From an uncultured Acidobacteriota bacterium (GTDB lineage Bacteria; Acidobacteriota; Blastocatellia; RBC074), in assembly GCA_963796275.1 (NCBI GenBank), contig CAWCKY010000003.1, positions 896,001 through 960,000 of the forward strand: a stretch of DNA of 64,000 nucleotides, in the 5' to 3' direction. The translations under genes and the position numbers were made by a program. The notes beneath the pieces were generated by a model. It was given only the letters and a program-made list of their open reading frames with translations. It searched no databases and was not told the DNA's origin. Shown in pieces: positions 61,722 through 64,000 of this stretch (positions are counted from its first letter, which is position 1; each line of letters begins with the position of its first letter).

Positions 61722-62118
61722 TAAGCCTCCGTTGAGAAAGCATAAACTTTATCGGTTAATTATAGCGGGCACTTGAGTTAGTAAAAGTTAGCATGCCCTC
61801 GTCTTGTTGGCGAGCGCCACTAGTCTATGAAATGTATCATCACCGAGCGAGTAGATGCAAAAAAGTTGAGCACCAACTTGGATAGTGATAAAAGCTGTCG
61901 TACGGTTTGGATAACTTTTTGAAAAAACGGTTTTTTGAATTCAGGATTGGCTGCTGAGAACCCGTTGCTGAACCCTCGCAGGGTTATTAAGACTGTCTAT
62001 CATGACCGATTGGCTGAGGGAGGCTCAATCGAATAATCAGCAGGAACGAAGCGACCGCGCCGCGAAGATCGAGGTAATCCGGCGTTGCATTATATAAATT
62101 CCACAAGAGGAGTCGTTC

Positions 62119-62883
62119 ATGGCATCACAAAAGATGAGAATCCTTTCTAGTTGCATCCTTATTACAACCGCTATTTTGCTGGCTGCGCTGGTTTCCGGGG
62201 CGGAGCAAAAAAGATCTACCGCGATCGTCGAAGAGCCGATAATTACCGGCTTCAAAAAAACATACACGGCATCCGTCTCCGACGCAGTTGAACTGGTTAC
62301 GGGCAAGCGAGGCTTTATGTCCCACGATATGCGACCTGTGGTCTCGGGACAGATCGTCGGGCGTGCCGTAACATCACTGGTCAAACCTGCGTCTCCCGAG
62401 AATGCCACACCTACGCTCTCCACCAAGCATTCGGTCGAGATGATCGATAATGCAAAGCCAGGTGAAGTGGGGGTGATAGTAATGGAAAATGGGCTGGACG
62501 TTGCCGCCATTGGAAATCTGATGGCGACGGCGGCGAAAGAGCGCGGCATGGCCGGGATGGTTCTGGATGGAGGAGTTCGTGATGTTGACGATCTGCGCAC
62601 GATGCGTTTGACCGTCTACGCGCGTTCAGTTGTGCCTTCTACGGCGGTCGGCCGGTTCGCCACAGTAGCCCGGAACATTCCGGTCGAATGTGCAGGTGTA
62701 ACGGTCAGACCCGGCGATATTATAGTGGCGAACGATGACGGCGTGGTCGTTGTGCCGCAAGAGCGTGCGGAGGAGGTGCTCAAGCGCGCGCTCGAGATCG
62801 ACGAGCGCGAGAAGAAGATGTATCCGCTCATCCGCAAACATAAGGGGCTTCAGAAAGCGATCGAGACATTCAATCGTATTTGA
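62119..62883 (+). CDS. RraA/HMG-aldolase family protein with signal peptide
   Basis: SVSDA, GNLMATAA, DGGVRDVD, VRPGDIIVANDDGVVVVP. Confidence 0.9.
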   Translation: MASQKMRILSSCILITTAILLAALVSGAEQKRSTAIVEEPIITGFKKTYTASVSDAVELVTGKRGFMSHDMRPVVSGQIVGRAVTSLVKPASPENATPTLSTKHSVEMIDNAKPGEVGVIVMENGLDVAAIGNLMATAAKERGMAGMVLDGGVRDVDDLRTMRLTVYARSVVPSTAVGRFATVARNIPVECAGVTVRPGDIIVANDDGVVVVPQERAEEVLKRALEIDEREKKMYPLIRKHKGLQKAIETFNRI

Positions 62884-62886
62884 GCG

Positions 62887-63999
62887 CTACCATCGAACTT
62901 TGTGCTGGTCCTGTGGATATTTGGGGTCCCATTTTTTCAACAGCTCATGGCGTGTCTTGATGCGCGGTATATTTTCCCTGAGCGCGGCCATCTTGTCGGA
63001 ATCTATTTCGACGCCGAGGCCGGGGCCCTCAGGCAAACGCATCTTTCCGGCTTTGAACTGCAACATTGGCCCTTTGATGATGTCCTGAGTCGTCCAGGGA
63101 TAGTGGGTGTCCGCATGATAGTTGACGCGCGAAATGGCGCAGTTCATGTGCGTCATCATCGCCATCGAGATGCCGAGATGGTTGTTGCTATGTCCCGAAC
63201 ATCCCCAATTCAACGCTTCACAGATCGCCGCCCAGTATCGCACGTTGTTCAATCCGCCCATGTAATGGTTGTCGAGGAGGACGATGTCGATTGAACCCTT
63301 CTGAACGGCGGGGATGATATGTTCCATCCTCGTCACTACCATATTGGTGGCAAGCGGAATTTTCGTTTGTTTGCGGACAGCGGCCATGCCGTCGAGCCCC
63401 GGTGTCGGGTCTTCCAGATATTCCATCTCCAGATTCTCGATTGCCCTGGCGACGCGCACCGATGTCTCCACGCCCCAGGCTGCGTTCGGATCGATGCGTA
63501 GTGGGGCTTGGGGGAATGCGGTGCGCATCAATCGCAATGCCTCGATCTCTTTATCCGGATCGAGCACGCCGCCTTTGAATTTGCATGACGTGAAACCGTA
63601 TTTCCTATTGAAATCGGCGAACTCGCGGGCCACCGCTTCGGGCGTTGTGATATCCGGGCCGTCAGGGACTGGCATGACGAAGAAGATGTATGCTGAATAG
63701 GGAGCCTCCTCCCGGTAAGCGCCTCCGATCAGATCGACCACTCGCCGATCGATAACTCTGCCGATGATGTCGAGGCAGGCGACCTCTACCGCGCCGAACG
63801 CATTGTTGTTCTTGATATTCCGGCGGAAGTATTCGATCTCGAACGGATCGCGTCCCAGCACTACGTCGCGTGCAGCCTCGATCTCCTTGATTTGCGGGCC
63901 TATCTCGGCGATGCCCTTGTAACCATTATCGGTTTCAAGCTCGAGAATTGTGCGTTTGAAATGCGAATCGTGCACGTTCCAGGAGTTAAGCAGCGCATA
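62887..63999 (-). CDS. Enolase-superfamily acid-sugar (glucarate dehydratase-like) enzyme, 5' end outside window
   Basis: KFKGGV, DPN, EDP, TN, HSNNHLGIS, DTHYPW; frame is open to the window end. Confidence 0.9.
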   Translation of the reverse strand, partial: YALLNSWNVHDSHFKRTILELETDNGYKGIAEIGPQIKEIEAARDVVLGRDPFEIEYFRRNIKNNNAFGAVEVACLDIIGRVIDRRVVDLIGGAYREEAPYSAYIFFVMPVPDGPDITTPEAVAREFADFNRKYGFTSCKFKGGVLDPDKEIEALRLMRTAFPQAPLRIDPNAAWGVETSVRVARAIENLEMEYLEDPTPGLDGMAAVRKQTKIPLATNMVVTRMEHIIPAVQKGSIDIVLLDNHYMGGLNNVRYWAAICEALNWGCSGHSNNHLGISMAMMTHMNCAISRVNYHADTHYPWTTQDIIKGPMLQFKAGKMRLPEGPGLGVEIDSDKMAALRENIPRIKTRHELLKKWDPKYPQDQHKVRW

Positions 64000-64000
64000 A

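Noticed and set aside
61951-61990. TPP riboswitch (CTGAGA...ACCCGT...GAACC)
   Set aside because: Lacks the conserved CCTGA and TAAT-CC...CG-AGG elements, and there is no thiamine gene context.

Overview
Bacterial chromosome window. 16S motifs and gene content suggest Acidobacteriota, probably Blastocatellia; this is an inference and no database search was run. Layout: (1) 1-12.3 kb is a cluster of general-stress-type genes (ferritin-like, lmo0937, SYLF, two DUF421, BON-SRPBCC, PolX, CBS, DUF4397, USP fusion, Csp3-like). Nearly every transcription unit there is preceded by a correctly oriented sigma54-type TGG-N8-TTGC element. (2) A czcCBA-type RND locus is preceded by an unannotated Cys-rich leader ORF ending in RPPR. 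(3) A 4.4-kb islet is bounded by tRNA-Ser(TGA) and a 23-bp copy of its 3' end. (4) Housekeeping genes: osmoprotectant ABC transporter, ligA, an orphan DNA methyltransferase, GNAT/OSBS, ECF sigma and anti-sigma. (5) A complete rRNA operon (16S-Ile-Ala-23S-5S) with an apparent internal terminator and promoter in the spacer. (6) A nested REP/REPIN-like miniature element carrying an 8 x 23-bp tandem array, followed by metabolic genes. Six single-base frameshifts are seen and are more likely assembly errors than biology. All protein family calls come from motif recognition only.
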